This document shows, piece by piece, positions 19,650-32,197 of a stretch of 64,000 bases of DNA. The translations under genes and the position numbers were made by a program. Numbering within the stretch: position 1 is the first letter of the stretch; the number at the start of each line of letters is the position of its first letter. The notes below the pieces were generated by a model, which was not told the origin of the DNA, searched no databases, and worked only from the letters and a program-made list of their open reading frames with translations. This DNA comes from Thalia democratica (taxonomy: Eukaryota). The DNA lies in assembly GCA_965202585.1 (NCBI GenBank), contig OZ241826.1:31124001-31188000 (forward strand), given 5' to 3'.

Positions 19650-21500
19650 AAATATTGTAATTCGATACTTTAATCTCTAAGACAAACTTGAACGGTATAC
19701 AAGTTATGAAAATTTAATATATAAACTGTTTAGTCCAAATAGAATATTAACATAGCTATGGAACAAGGTGTTTGGCATAACAATTGTTAAGTTACTTAAG
19801 TTATATTTTAGCTCAAAGTTTTGGTCTAAGTAAAAAGTTATCTGTCAAAGGTTGATAATAGTTTGTGAAAACAATTTCACTTCTTTTTGTATTAATGCTT
19901 AACTGAAAATTTGGGTTTTAACTTATTATATAAATACTGTATACATGTATTGTTTATTGAACGATAAAAAAGTTTGGTCTAAGGACATGGCGAACAAAGG
20001 AACCTTTCGGTTATAGAGTCGTACGCTACATACATTAATTCTATGTACTAAAGAAATAAAAAAATGCAACAAACTAGTTTGTAAACTCTTAAATCAGATT
20101 TAAAACTCTAATTTCTCAAATTGTATTAATTATCTAAAATTTGTTTGTTAATACAATAAAATGTATTTTTTGTATGTACACTTTTCAAGATTTTTTTTTT
20201 CAAAAACTGTGAAGATAATAATTTACTGGAAACAAGTTTATGACATTGAAAATAGTTTTTTGTACTTTTCAACTTGCAGACCATTTCAGATGAGACTTTT
20301 CAAAAACTAGTAGAAAGAATAGCTAAGTTTTTTTATAAATTAGAAAATAACTTAGTTCATTTTATAAAAAAAAACAGTCTCAAGCTGTTCTTCAACATTA
20401 TGTTTATGTGTTTATCAAAACCATGGATCTCCTAATGTACTTCGATAAAGAAATCATCTAGGCTGATGAAAAAAAAAAAAGATTTCATAAGCTGAAAAAT
20501 GTTCTGTTAGTTCTACTAATCAAAGTAGAAAGAGCAATATGTAAAAGAGTTACAATAACGCAAAATTTTATGAACTAATTTTTTTGAGCAATTTTGAAAG
20601 TAAGTTTGTAATGCAAAAGTTTTTAAAATTAAATGTAGTAAGCAAAAGTTTTGTTAGTTATAAGTTTAAATAACAACTACTGTTTGTGTTGTAAAGAAAA
20701 TACATATTATTAATTTTTTTAATACTTCCAAGACAAACGTGGATGGTGATTGTAAAAAAACTGTATACAAGTTTTAGAAATAAAATACATAGGCTGTTTA
20801 GTCCGTAAAGCATATTAACAAAGCTAAGGTGGTCCTTAGTATAATAAATACTGTTTTTAAGAGTGCTTAAAATACATGTTAGCTCAAAACTTTGGATTTA
20901 ACAATAAGTACTTACTAGAAAATTTTGTTAATAGATTAGTTGGTTAATCTATACAAAATATTGTTAAACAAATAAAAATATAAACTCGTTGTAAAATTTA
21001 TCGGGTTTTTTAATACAGTGTGTATTTTAAGCTTTATTTCAACTTTGTTTGATAACAAAATAAAAACATTTTTATTGTTTAGTTTCCTGATAGTATATAA
21101 AGTTTGCTTAAATCAAAGTTGTGCTTTGAAAATATTTTTTTGTACTTTCTAATTTTCAGGTCAATAGTTTTATAACTAGTAAAAAAGTAAATTTTTCAAT
21201 TACAAAATAAGATGAAATATTATAGAAAAATCTCAGGCTGTGTTTAAATGTTCTATATACTTTTCTAAAAAATAGAGATCTCCTTTTAATGTTACTGGAT
21301 CGAGAGCTAGTATAGATGAATTAAAAAAGATATCTATTTTTTTAAATTTTAAAATGTTTTCTTCTATATTTAACTAATAATTGTATAAAAGCAAGAACGA
21401 AATGTAAAAAAAAAAAAGGAAAAGGTTGAAACATGTGTAATCCAGCATCGTAATGTTTTATGACTTATTATTTTTGAGCAACTTAAGAAGTAAGTTTGTA
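19650..21500. repeat. Old about 1-kb tandem duplication (19.65-20.6 kb vs 20.7-21.5 kb)
   Basis: Paired motifs AAGACAAAC..TATACAAGTT..CTGTTTAGTCC and TTTTTGAGCAA..AAGTAAGTTTGTAA; the TCTCAAG(C)TG motif recurs in the kinase intron at about 49480. Confidence 0.45.
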
Positions 21501-21699
21501 ATAATTTAAAAGAAAACCTAATAAGTCGAAGTTTTATTATTTGATAAATAAAGTAATTTCCCAGGTGTTTTCTGACATATTTTATAAAAATGCTACTTTT
21601 ATTATCACATAAAAGCTTATTGAAAAACAACAGAACATACTATAAGTATTTTTCCGTAAGTTGAAAAACCTTGGATAGAAAATAAAGTTGTTGGTGTCT

Positions 21700-21776
21700 C
21701 AGTCAAAACGTTTATCTGAAAGCACTTTATGAGGACGGTCAGAAATACGTTCTAAAGTTTCGCTTAATACAAAATG
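21700..21776 (+). pseudogene. Decayed kinase subdomain I-II exon paralog (..LKALYEDGQKYVLKFRLIQN)
   Basis: Homologous to exons 31710-31795 and 48727-48809, with the same phase-2 donor (GT|GTAAGC); 5' part broken. Confidence 0.6.
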
Positions 21777-21959
21777 TGTAAGCTAAAACTTGTGCTTTAA
21801 CTACTTTGAGTAGCCAACATTTATGCTAAATCATAGAAATGTCTTTTAAAAAATGTCATAAATGCAAACAACTTTCTGATTCATATCTTCAAGAATTCTG
21901 TAATTGGAAGAAAATAATTATTACAGATTAAATGAAAGTTAGGACTTGAAAACAATACC

Positions 21960-23350
21960 ACAAATCAAACGGCGTTTTCTTGTACTTAATGGTCATGGCA
22001 GGGGTACGCCTCCTCTTCCAAATGCAGAAATGATTTCAAATTCACATAAAACAATTGATGTGCAAGCATTTTTGTCAAACTGGTATTATCAGTTTGAAAA
22101 GTTTAGTAGAGTTCTTATATAGAAAATCAAAATATATTTTCCCTTTCCATTTTTACACTCAATTTCGAGTATATTTCATAATGAAACCTTGCACAGCTGT
22201 ATCACAAGGTAACTATAAAAGCATTACATATTGCGTACTCAATTTAAAACGTAAATAAATAGGTATAACAAGAAAGAACTGAACAATAAAAAGAGCTATC
22301 ATACACATCTGCCCATCACACTTCATAAAAGCTGTGATGAACCATATTGACAAACCACTAATAACAAGACTGCTGATAGGCCTTACGGTCATGTGTTTGC
22401 TTCAATGGTAAGTTTTAATGGTTATTTACAAAAAAAAGTTTTTGAAAAAATATGTTTTTAGATCAACTGTGATGATAGACGAAATAGTAGTAACCTTCTA
22501 CAATTTGTGCGTACTCAGCTTGTGTGAAAAATCTAGCTACCACTCAACTAGAGCAGAACTTTATTTATAATCAATAGCTTTTCAAGATGGCAAAGACATC
22601 CTTGTAAATCAAGGTGACATTATTTAGGCTAAGGATGCTGAAGATAACTCTGCTATAGATGAAAGTTAAAAAAAACTAGTCTATAAAAAAATTGTAAGTG
22701 AATCGTTAATTTTGTAAAAAAATTAAGTTTTAATCATTTATACTTCAGGTATTTTCCAAAAATGTGAAAAAATATCACAAGGAACAGAGTACAAATATTT
22801 TTTAGGCACCCAAGCCCTTTATATCATGTTATATGGGCTAAGCTTAGTGAAATAGGATTGAAGGGGTGCAAAAAATTAAGGGCCACAAACGCTTCTGCAG
22901 AAAAATGGATGAGGGTGATAAAAAAAGTCTGATCAACTTACAAATACATAAAAAGGCTCCGATAAACTGAAGCAAAGCTTTTTGTATCTTATGTATTTTA
23001 AGCAAAAATAATAAAGATTTTAAAGGTTTTATATATTTTTAGCGCTTCCTTTTAACAAGCCTATGGAAGCATTGAATGTTAAATAATTGGGAAGAAGGTT
23101 ATATTCAACATGAACAACAAATAGATGGGAAAAGTTGTGGAATTCATGTCATTGAGGTTTAAAAATATAATATTTTAAGTAACTAGAAAAGGCTCCAGCT
23201 TAAATTTATTATCAATATTGTATTAAATTGTATGCAGATGGCTGAAGAGATACTGAGAGTATTTCCAAATGAAAAAATAAAGTTTAGCAATACGGAAATT
23301 AAATCCGATAAAAAGAGTAATAGTTGGAATATCTATTTTAGCAGCTGAAG
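21960..23350 (+). mobile_element. Decayed Mutator-like (MULE) transposase plus Ulp1/C48 protease relic
   Basis: Translated fragments PLPNAEMISNSHKTIDVQAFLSNW (about 22012), AIIHICPSHFIKAV (CxxH, 22310) and WEEGYIQHEQQIDGKSCGIHVIE (Q-x-D-G-x-x-C-G, 23088-23156); splice sites visible; many stops and frameshifts. Confidence 0.65.
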
Positions 23351-23819
23351 GTTTGTAACAGTTTAAAAAGTATTATAGAGAAAATTAAGCTAAAACAAAA
23401 TGATGATAACTACTTATGTGCAATTTCATTAACTGAAGAATTAAAGAAAGAAGCAGCAAAAGAAAACAGATCACGAAGTGTATCGTTAAAATTTAAAGAC
23501 TCTTACTATTTTGATTGAAATTCTCTCTTGGGTATAATTTCACTCTTGTATCTCGAGTTCAATTAGTTGTCTGATATGGTCAGTTTTTGGTGAAATATCA
23601 AGTAAAATGTTAAACATTAAATGAGCATTTCTTGATAAAAAGATTGCAGATAACTTCTTTGATATAATAACAATTTCAAAATGTTTTACTATGGAGTTAG
23701 CTAAAATTTCATTGCACAATATTCTTAATTTTTCTATTCAATATTAAAAACAAGATGTTCAAGTTTGTATTTTATTAAAAGATAAATAAAAAAGTTCAAT
23801 TAATGTGTGTAATTTTTTT

Positions 23820-26400
23820 AGCTTAGTTCTGATGGGTACCATTGTTAACACAAGTATAATAACACGAGTCTACTTTTATTGTTGTAGTTATCCTAGAAGT
23901 GTGAAATTGAGTTTGCAAGTTGTTCTGCAACAAGCAAACTGTTCATTGGTGTTGTCTCGATAGCAATAGGTTGTTTGACTGTATCCAAAAAATAAAACTT
24001 AAGTTAGTTACAAATAAATTGTAAAAAGTTGCAGGTGCTAAGAGATTTTAATTAGGTACAGAGAACAAAAAAATATGTCGTCATACTAATTGTACTGGTA
24101 ATAAAAAAAAAAGAACTTTGTAGATGAAATACTATTAAGTTAGAATTTGTCCTAAATACACAAGTTTTACTACAATCAACAAAAAAATACCGACAAATAC
24201 GATACAACAATTAAAAATCTGCAAAACATGTGAGAAGGTTTTATCATAATTTTCACCGTAGCTTATCCTCTTTTTTTTTCTTTAAAGGTTTGAAAATAAA
24301 TACATGTTCATTTTATTAGCAAGATAAGCATGCAAAGAAGGAAGTCGAAAATAGAGTTAAAGGTTGTCAGAAATTACATTTCGAAGAAGAGTAGTTAGAT
24401 TTAAAAATATGTTTTTCTAGAGTTATCTAAAAGCATCAGATTTTGTGAGAACTACTTAATGTTATTATTCTCGTAAATTTTAACAAAACCAATAATAATG
24501 TTTATAATTTATTATTTAAGCAAGCTATACACAGTCCAATAAAACAAACATATAAATATGTTTAACGTGTTTTTATTGGGATCTTTTGGTACGATGGTTA
24601 AGGCTGTCTACCAACCAGAAATACGTCGTAAACCTTAAAACTGTCCAAAACCTCTAGTTGAAGATTCATATTTTTTTCCAACAAATTGTGTTTGCAAAGT
24701 TAAAATGCTTCTTTAAGGAATTTATTTTTAAAATATTGAAAAGAAGTACATGTTAACTTTTAAAATTTTTATTTTCTCTTATTAGCCAGATCTGCATGTG
24801 AAGAACGAGTCGAAAAGGTTCTGGAGAAAATAGAGTTGAATGTTGTCAAACACAGAAAGATTTCGAAATTTGATTTGGTGGAAGAGCTAAGAGAAGTTAG
24901 TTTTTGAAATAAATTTTCCAATAACTACAAAATCTAAAAGCACAAGATTTTGTGACTACTAAACTGTTTAATGTTTCCACTCTCGTAAAATTTAACAATG
25001 TCAGTAATAATGTTTATAAACTAAACACAGTCCTATATAGTTATACCAATAAAACCATCTTATGTTTCATATTAACGTGTTTTTATTGGGATCTTTTTGT
25101 ACGATGGTTAAGGCTGTCTACCACCCAGAAATACGTCGTAAACCTCTAAAATCTTCAGTTTGAAATTCATATTTTTTCAAACAAAATAAATAATGTAAAT
25201 TTGTGATTTGCAAAGTTAAAAGTGCTTCCTCTAAGGATTTACTTTTTAAATTGAAAAGAAATGCATGTTAATTTGTAACAATTTTATCTTATTAACAAGA
25301 TCAGCTTGGAAGAAGGCAGTCTTAAAGAAAATAAAGTTGAATGTTATCAAACACAAGAAAGATATTGAAGTTTGACTTGGTGGAAGAACTAAGAGAAGTT
25401 AGTTTTTAAAATAACGCTTTTCAATAACTACAAAATCTAAAAGCAGAAGATTGTGCGACAACTATACTATTTAATGTTTACATTCTCGTAAATTTTAACG
25501 AAACGAGTAATAGTGTTTATAAATTATTATCAAAGTAAGCTATTCACAGTCCGTTTTAGCTATACCAAAAAAATCATCTTATGTTTCATTTTATTTTTGT
25601 TGGGATATTTTGGTACAATGCTTAAGGCTGTCTACCAACCAGACGATAAGAAATACGTCGTAAACCTTAAAACTGTCCAAAATATTCAGTTTGAAATTCA
25701 TCTTTTTGTTCAAAAAAATAAAATTTATTTTCAAATAAAATTATTTTATCTTTTTAGCAAGATCTACGAATGAAGAAGGTAGTTGGAGAGGCTGAGAAAA
25801 AGATGGAAATGGCAGAAGTTAAGTACAGAAAGATTTTAAAGTTTAACTTTTTGGAAGGGATTAGATTTTTAAACAAAAATTTGTAATTGTTAAAAAAATC
25901 TAAAAGTGTTAAGAAATGAGATAATAAAACTGTTTTATATTTTGATAGTCGTACAGCTTTATTATAATAGTTTTAACTTTTTTGAACTGTTATAAACGTA
26001 AGCTATACACAGTCCTACAAATCTTACCAACAAGACATCTCATATTAAAAACAATTTAATTGCTAAATAACATACTTATTGTAGGGAGCTTTTGGTACGA
26101 TGGTTAAGGCTGTCTACCAGAAATACGTCGTAAACTTTAAAACTGTCCAAAATCTTCAGTTTAAAATTCATGTTTTTTTCCAAAAAATATATATATTGTG
26201 CTGCAAAGTTAAAAGTGCTTCTTTAAAGAATTTTCTTTTTAAATATCGAAAAGAAACACATATTAACTTTTAACAATTTTGTTTTCTCTTTTTTTTTTAT
26301 TAGCAAGATCTGCATGTGAAGAAGGCAGTCAAAAAACCGAGTTGAATGTTGTCAAACCCAAGAAGATTTTGAAATTAAACTTTTGCAGAAGACCTCAGTT
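23820..26400 (+). pseudogene. Receptor-kinase pseudogene with tandemly amplified exon3-exon4 unit
   Basis: TM-exon relic 23890-24000 (CEIEFASCSATSKLFIGVVSIAIGCLTV). Alternating E3 copies (about 24320, 24785, 25297, 25757, 26304) and E4 copies (about 24575, 25088, 25603, 26084), each with frameshifts, deletions or lost splice sites. Confidence 0.75.
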
Positions 26401-28121
26401 TTCTTAAAAAACGCTTAACAACTTGGTTTTATATAAAATTTAAATTGCTTTAAATCGAACTTTTGCTACATTGAATACATTAGTCTGCCAGCAAGATAGA
26501 CAAAAAAAGTTTTAGAAGTCAAAATTTCCTGCATATAAAAACTGTTGAAAGAAAATGTATTTTGTTTCAATATTATCCGATTAAATATCACCAAATACTT
26601 GAAATGAAGTTTCAAACTAAGAATTTTTAACAACTCAAGATGTTAAAGAAGTGTTCCTGATTTGTTCAAATAAAGTCAAACCATTAAGTTGGGACTCATT
26701 TGTATATGCTAAAAAGTAAAGTATAAAATAAAAGTGACTGCAATTAATATTTTTATAAACTGCAGATAACTGTTTATATTTAATCAAGCTGGAAATAATC
26801 TGTTTTTTCAACACCGTCAGGCAAGATGTTTGAATAGAAGCTGGAAAACTTGTCGAGTTTCACCACCAACACATCATTAAATACAATCATGTATTTTACG
26901 AAGAGTTTGAAAGTAAAATTTGTTAGTAATTCTATAAGTGCTAACAGGGATTTTTTAATTAAAATATACAAAGATTTTCTAATAAAAATGTTTTTCTTGA
27001 AAATTCAGTTAAAAATAGACTATTTTACTCATACTCTTTTATAGAAGTAGATTTTCAAGCTATATTGCCTTTAAAACTGAAGTTTGGATTACAACTGGCT
27101 GAATAAAACTTCAAAATATCAGAAAAATGCTGCTTGGTTGTCGGGGATTTAACGTAAACAAGATATTCGAAATTCAGCGATTGTGCAAAACGCAAAGTTA
27201 GTCTTGATTTTGACAAAACATAATTTGGTAGTGTTTTTGGCCATTATCAGTATTGCTGAAATTTAAATAAACATAATTGGTGTTGACAGTCGTGTTAAAT
27301 AATTGAGCTATATTTATTTGCATTTGTAGGTTGTTTAAGTGACCTTTAATGAAAAATTATTTCTATCAATTATGGATAAATCAAAAATGAATTTTTGTTA
27401 ATATGTAAAAATAACTTGTAGCTTAGAGAGATAAAAAAAAAAGAACAATAGCTCTAAAATAACAAGTTTTGGTCAGAAAAATTATTTATTTAAAGTTTTG
27501 TCAGAAGCATACCGTTTCAAAACACGAATGGTAGTTGGAAAGGAGAACCCAGCAAATACCTTTCTTATTACAAAAGAATTAGTTGAATATTTAAAACTAC
27601 TGTTAGTGCGATTAAAGACTTAAGAGAGCCAGCAGTTGTTGATTAACTTCCATGAAGGTTCGCTCTAAAGAATGACTTTAGAATTTTTAATTGAATTTAA
27701 TCTTTTAAATAAAAATTAGATTTTGAATTAAAAGGTTTGTGAAATATGTACTTAAGCTGTTATTTTCAAATTTAATTAAAAATAATAACTGAAAAGAATA
27801 AAAACTCTCCAAAAAAAGTAATAACACATATGTGCTCTGCTCAATAATGAAAATGACTAATAAACAAAAATTCTACCCCAACGAGCAGTAAGTAAAAAAA
27901 AAAAACAGTTTTGTGTTTGTCCAATGATAAATTGTACTTTATTGTAGAATTATTAAAATAATTGCCGATATAAGACAATCAGCTTTAAATTGCAAACTTT
28001 CGAAAACATGTAAGTTTAAATTCATATATCATTTATATGTTTCATAAATCTTTTTATAGTACTTAATCAGACTAGCTGTATTGTATTATTAACATATTGC
28101 TTTACTTAAAAACAAATTTAA

Positions 28122-29330
28122 GGTTTGAAAAAACAAACGCTGAGACTGAAGTGGCAGCCCTTTCTAAATTCTCCCACAAAAATATTGTCAAGTATTTGGA
28201 CGTGATGTGGGAGAATTTTGATGAAAAAATGAAGTTAGTTATAGTTCTCTAATGCAATGTATGTAATTTGAATATAACTGTTTTCTAGACTAGATATTGT
28301 TTCTTTTCAAAGGTTTTTGTTGCAAAAACACAGATTAAAAGTGACAGGTGCGTAGTGAAACGGTTAACTTTACATCACATGTCGATTTTGTGTACTTAAG
28401 TTTTTAACAAGCAAAAATGTTAATATTTTGATTTTTTGCAATTAAACAGATAGTACACTTTACTTTTTAGATAAATCAGCCACCAAGAAAAGCATGTCAA
28501 TTGTTTTAAGTAACTATTTTTTTTATAAAGAAATCTCCTTTCAACGGTTTTGGAAGAGGAAGCCATAGTGGACATTGAAAGGAAATGCCAACAAACCTGT
28601 TAGATTTGTATATATATTTTTGTTTAAATTATGAAGTTATTTCTTAAAAATCGTAAAACGACTCTTAAAATGTTTCTAACACATATTGTTTAAAACTAAG
28701 TTTTACATTTTACTTAACTTAAATTTAATCACCCATACTCAAGTTAAATAACACTTTAAAGTAGGGGTTAGCAAACTGAAACAAAAAGTTCTGGAATGCA
28801 CAGTAATTTTAACTAAAAAAAATTACTTTGGTACTATGATGAGGGCTATTTACAAGGAGGACGGGCGGCATTATGTCTTGAAAATGCAAACGGTCCAAAA
28901 CCTGAAAGTATAAGATTTCTGCACAACTTTTAGAAGTGCTTTTTCTAGTCATTCTATTTGACTGTTACAAAAGATTAGTACATAAAAATAGTTGTTAGTT
29001 TTGATGATAAGCACAATTATAAATTCTTTAATTATAATATTTACTTCCAAAGGGAGTTTTATAATTCGAACTTTTATAAAGTGTTTTTGTTTGTTCGTAC
29101 TTTTTGTACAAACAAACTGTACTACATTTGTTAATTTAAGAGCAGACTGCTTTACAGTGAATATTTTGGTCATGGTTTTTTTAGTAATATGTTACTAACT
29201 GTAATAAAAAAAATTAGGTTTGAAAAAACAAGCGCTGACACTGAAGTGGCAGCCCTTTCTAAATTCTTCCACAAAAATATTGTCAAGTATTTGGACGTGA
29301 TGTGGGAGAATTTCGATGAAAAAATAAAGT
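28122..29330 (+). pseudogene. Scrambled kinase N-lobe exon relics (E5 28122-28233, E6 about 28530-28600, E4 about 28825-28905, E5 29215-29330)
   Basis: FEKTNAETEVAALSKFSHKNIVKYLDVMWENFDEK twice; YFGTMMRAIYKEDGRHYVLKMQTVQNL; NLLSTVLEEEAIVDIERKCQQT. Confidence 0.75.
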
Positions 29331-31709
29331 TTTCTACGTTTGTGTACAAAATTTCAAAACTGTTTGAAAGTTGAAACAGACAAATGCTGGGTCTTTATCC
29401 TTTAAGTTAGAAAAAATAGAAGACTACCGAAAGAGGCTTGTAAAATTAATATTCTTGTAGTTATTTAAAAAACTTATTTTGGATATAAAATGCAAAGGTG
29501 CTTCAAAATAGCCATTAGAAAAAACATTCTCTAAACAAACCTTAATCCAAACATGTTTATATTATGAAAACGATTATTACAAAACTATAACTCTAACAGT
29601 AGAGAATTAAAAGAGTTTACGGTTCCGTGTTCGCCATGATGATAAACTGTACGACATTGGAAAATATATTTCAGCAACTTTGCTAAAGTGTATGAAAAGT
29701 TAACAACTTGTCACTCAATAAGTTTTTGACTGCTAGCTATGTTAATTATAGTCAAACTTTTTATCTCCAAATTATTTAAAAACCGAAATAAATTAAAGCT
29801 TGGTTTTCATTTTGCCAGTTTATAGAGATGTGAATAATGCAAGGACAAGTATAGTTTTTAAAAATGATATAAAAAATTTAACAGCTCGAGATGCTGAAGA
29901 AAAAGTATTCAAATAAGGTCAAATTAAAGTTGGGACTTCATTGTAAAGACCAAAAGATCAGATAAAAAAAGATTATGACTTCAATTTGATATTAACTGTT
30001 TTTATTATATATTTAATTAAACTGCAAATAAAATGTTTTAAATAAGAAAATTTTGTAAAATACAAGCGTTTAATTCAGTAATGGGGCAATATTTACATGA
30101 AAAAAGCAAAGATAGAACTTCGTCAAACAGTTTTATTGTATACTTTATTTTTAAGAAAAATATTTTTTCATCCTCAGGCAAGACGTTAGGAAAGAAACTG
30201 GCTGAGTTTCAAAATCAACACATTATCAAATACAATGATGTGTTCTACGAAGAATTTGACAGTGAAGTTAATACTTCTAAAAGCTGTTTTGTGACATGTA
30301 TGGATATATAAATTTTATAATCTGTAAAAAATTATTGTACTTAAGACAGAAGATAAAAAAAAGATTAGCTCTAAGACAAAAAAATGTGGTTGGAATAAAA
30401 TATTTATTTCAAAATTTTTCATAAGAATACCTTTCCATTATCAAGATGGCAATATACTAAATAAACTTGGATAAATTTTCAACGAAAAAAAACAAAAGAG
30501 TTGCTGAAGTCACACAAAATCTTGAAATTGTCAAAGAAGAGTCACGGAATTATTTACGTGTTTAAATCATCAAGTTGGAACTCTTTTGTATAGGATTATA
30601 ATCAAGTTTAACTGAAAATTAATATAAACTGCGTAAACATTTTGACTTCTTCAACTGGAAATCACAAGCTCTTTATCAACAACACTTTGTGGAATAAAAG
30701 TATATAGCAGAGTAATGGGAACAAACTACAGAATAATGTTGCTACAATACAATGGGCTTGATGCAACAAAATTTTTTGATTTACATTGAATGTGTCAAAC
30801 ACAACATTTTAATCAAACTACAAAATACTGGAGTGTTTTTTGCCATCACGAGCAATGCTGAGATGTAGAAAACGAAATTGTTCTAAATAAGTAAGCTGTA
30901 TTTCGGTGGATTTTTAATTTATGGCTCCTAAAAGTAATTTTTTATAAAATACAAAGTATTGAATTACATGGGTACATCAAAAATTAATTTTGTTTAGCTG
31001 TAAAAACTTGTTGTAGTTGAGAGTGACAAAAAAAATAAAGTTAATTTTCAAACCGTAGTAAAATTGTCACAAAAATTTCAAAATCATACCTTTCAATATT
31101 TCAAATTGAGGTGGGAAAGGAGAACCTGGCAAATTTCTTGGCTCTAAAATTCAGAAGAGGATCTGCTGGGTTATTGCAAAATCTACAAACTGTTTACCAA
31201 GTAGGTGTAAAGCAAACATAACTGTAAAGTTTTCATACAATGAAAACATAATTTTAATTACAATGTAGAAAGATTACATTGTTTTATTTTACAAAAAGTT
31301 AAATATATCAGAACAGACGGAAATAAAAAACAGAGATATTCTTCCAATATGTCTGGATGAAGAAATCGTCTTTGGCATTGAAAGAAAATTGGGTTTATAA
31401 GCTTTAAAATGTTAAAGAGCAAAAGTTGCTTTTACAATAGCAAGGAAGGTATGCAAATGAAGTTAAATAAAAGATTAAAATGGCTGAACTTACCCACCGA
31501 ATTATTTTAGTTTTGGAGGTACTCGAAAATGTGATTTTGGAAATCAAAACTTTTTAAAAACAACCAAAGCTAATTGATAAAAAGAGTTACTTGAAAATTT
31601 TAAACTTTATTTTTTGTTGTAGGTTTAGAATATATACATATAAAACTGCATATCATGCAAAAAAGAGGTTTATAAAAACAATAATAATGTTTACTTTAAA
31701 CATTTATAG

Positions 31710-31795
31710 GGATCTTTTGCCAAAACTTATCTTAGAGCACTTTATGAGCGTGACAGTCAGGGATACTTTCTAAAGTTTCACTTAGTGCAAAATGT
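31710..31795 (+). pseudogene. Isolated intact-looking kinase subdomain I-II exon paralog (GSFAKTYLRALYERDSQGYFLKFHLVQN)
   Basis: AG and GTGAGT splice sites, open frame, same phases (0 in, 2 out) as 48727-48809; no downstream partner exons recognised. Confidence 0.6.
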
Positions 31796-32197
31796 GTGAG
31801 TTAAAATATTAATCTGATTGTATGTATGACAAGCATTTATGTATATCAAAATTTTGAGTATCAAAAAAGTTGTGAATTGCTTGTAAAAATTACTATAAAT
31901 GCAAACAGGTTTCTATTTTAATCACGTTAGAATAAGTAAACTTTTGTAGCTGCAGGCCAGTTGCATCTAAAAAAACTAATAGAGGGGTATGGATTTAAAT
32001 AAATTATCCAATGCCTTAAACTAAATGGCAATGTGTCTGAAAATGCTGCTTTACTAAGATTTATTGAAACAGAAATACATAAGTTTCACAGCTACAGGCC
32101 AATAAAACAAAAAATTATGTAGACAAAACATATAAGTTTAAAAACCCACTCTTTATGGAAAAACTTAAAAGAAGTACAAGTTTACAATACCTCATTA

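Noticed and set aside
27520-27640. ENPANTFL as a relic of the catalytic-loop exon (similar sequence near 31110)
   Set aside because: Too degenerate to align with confidence.
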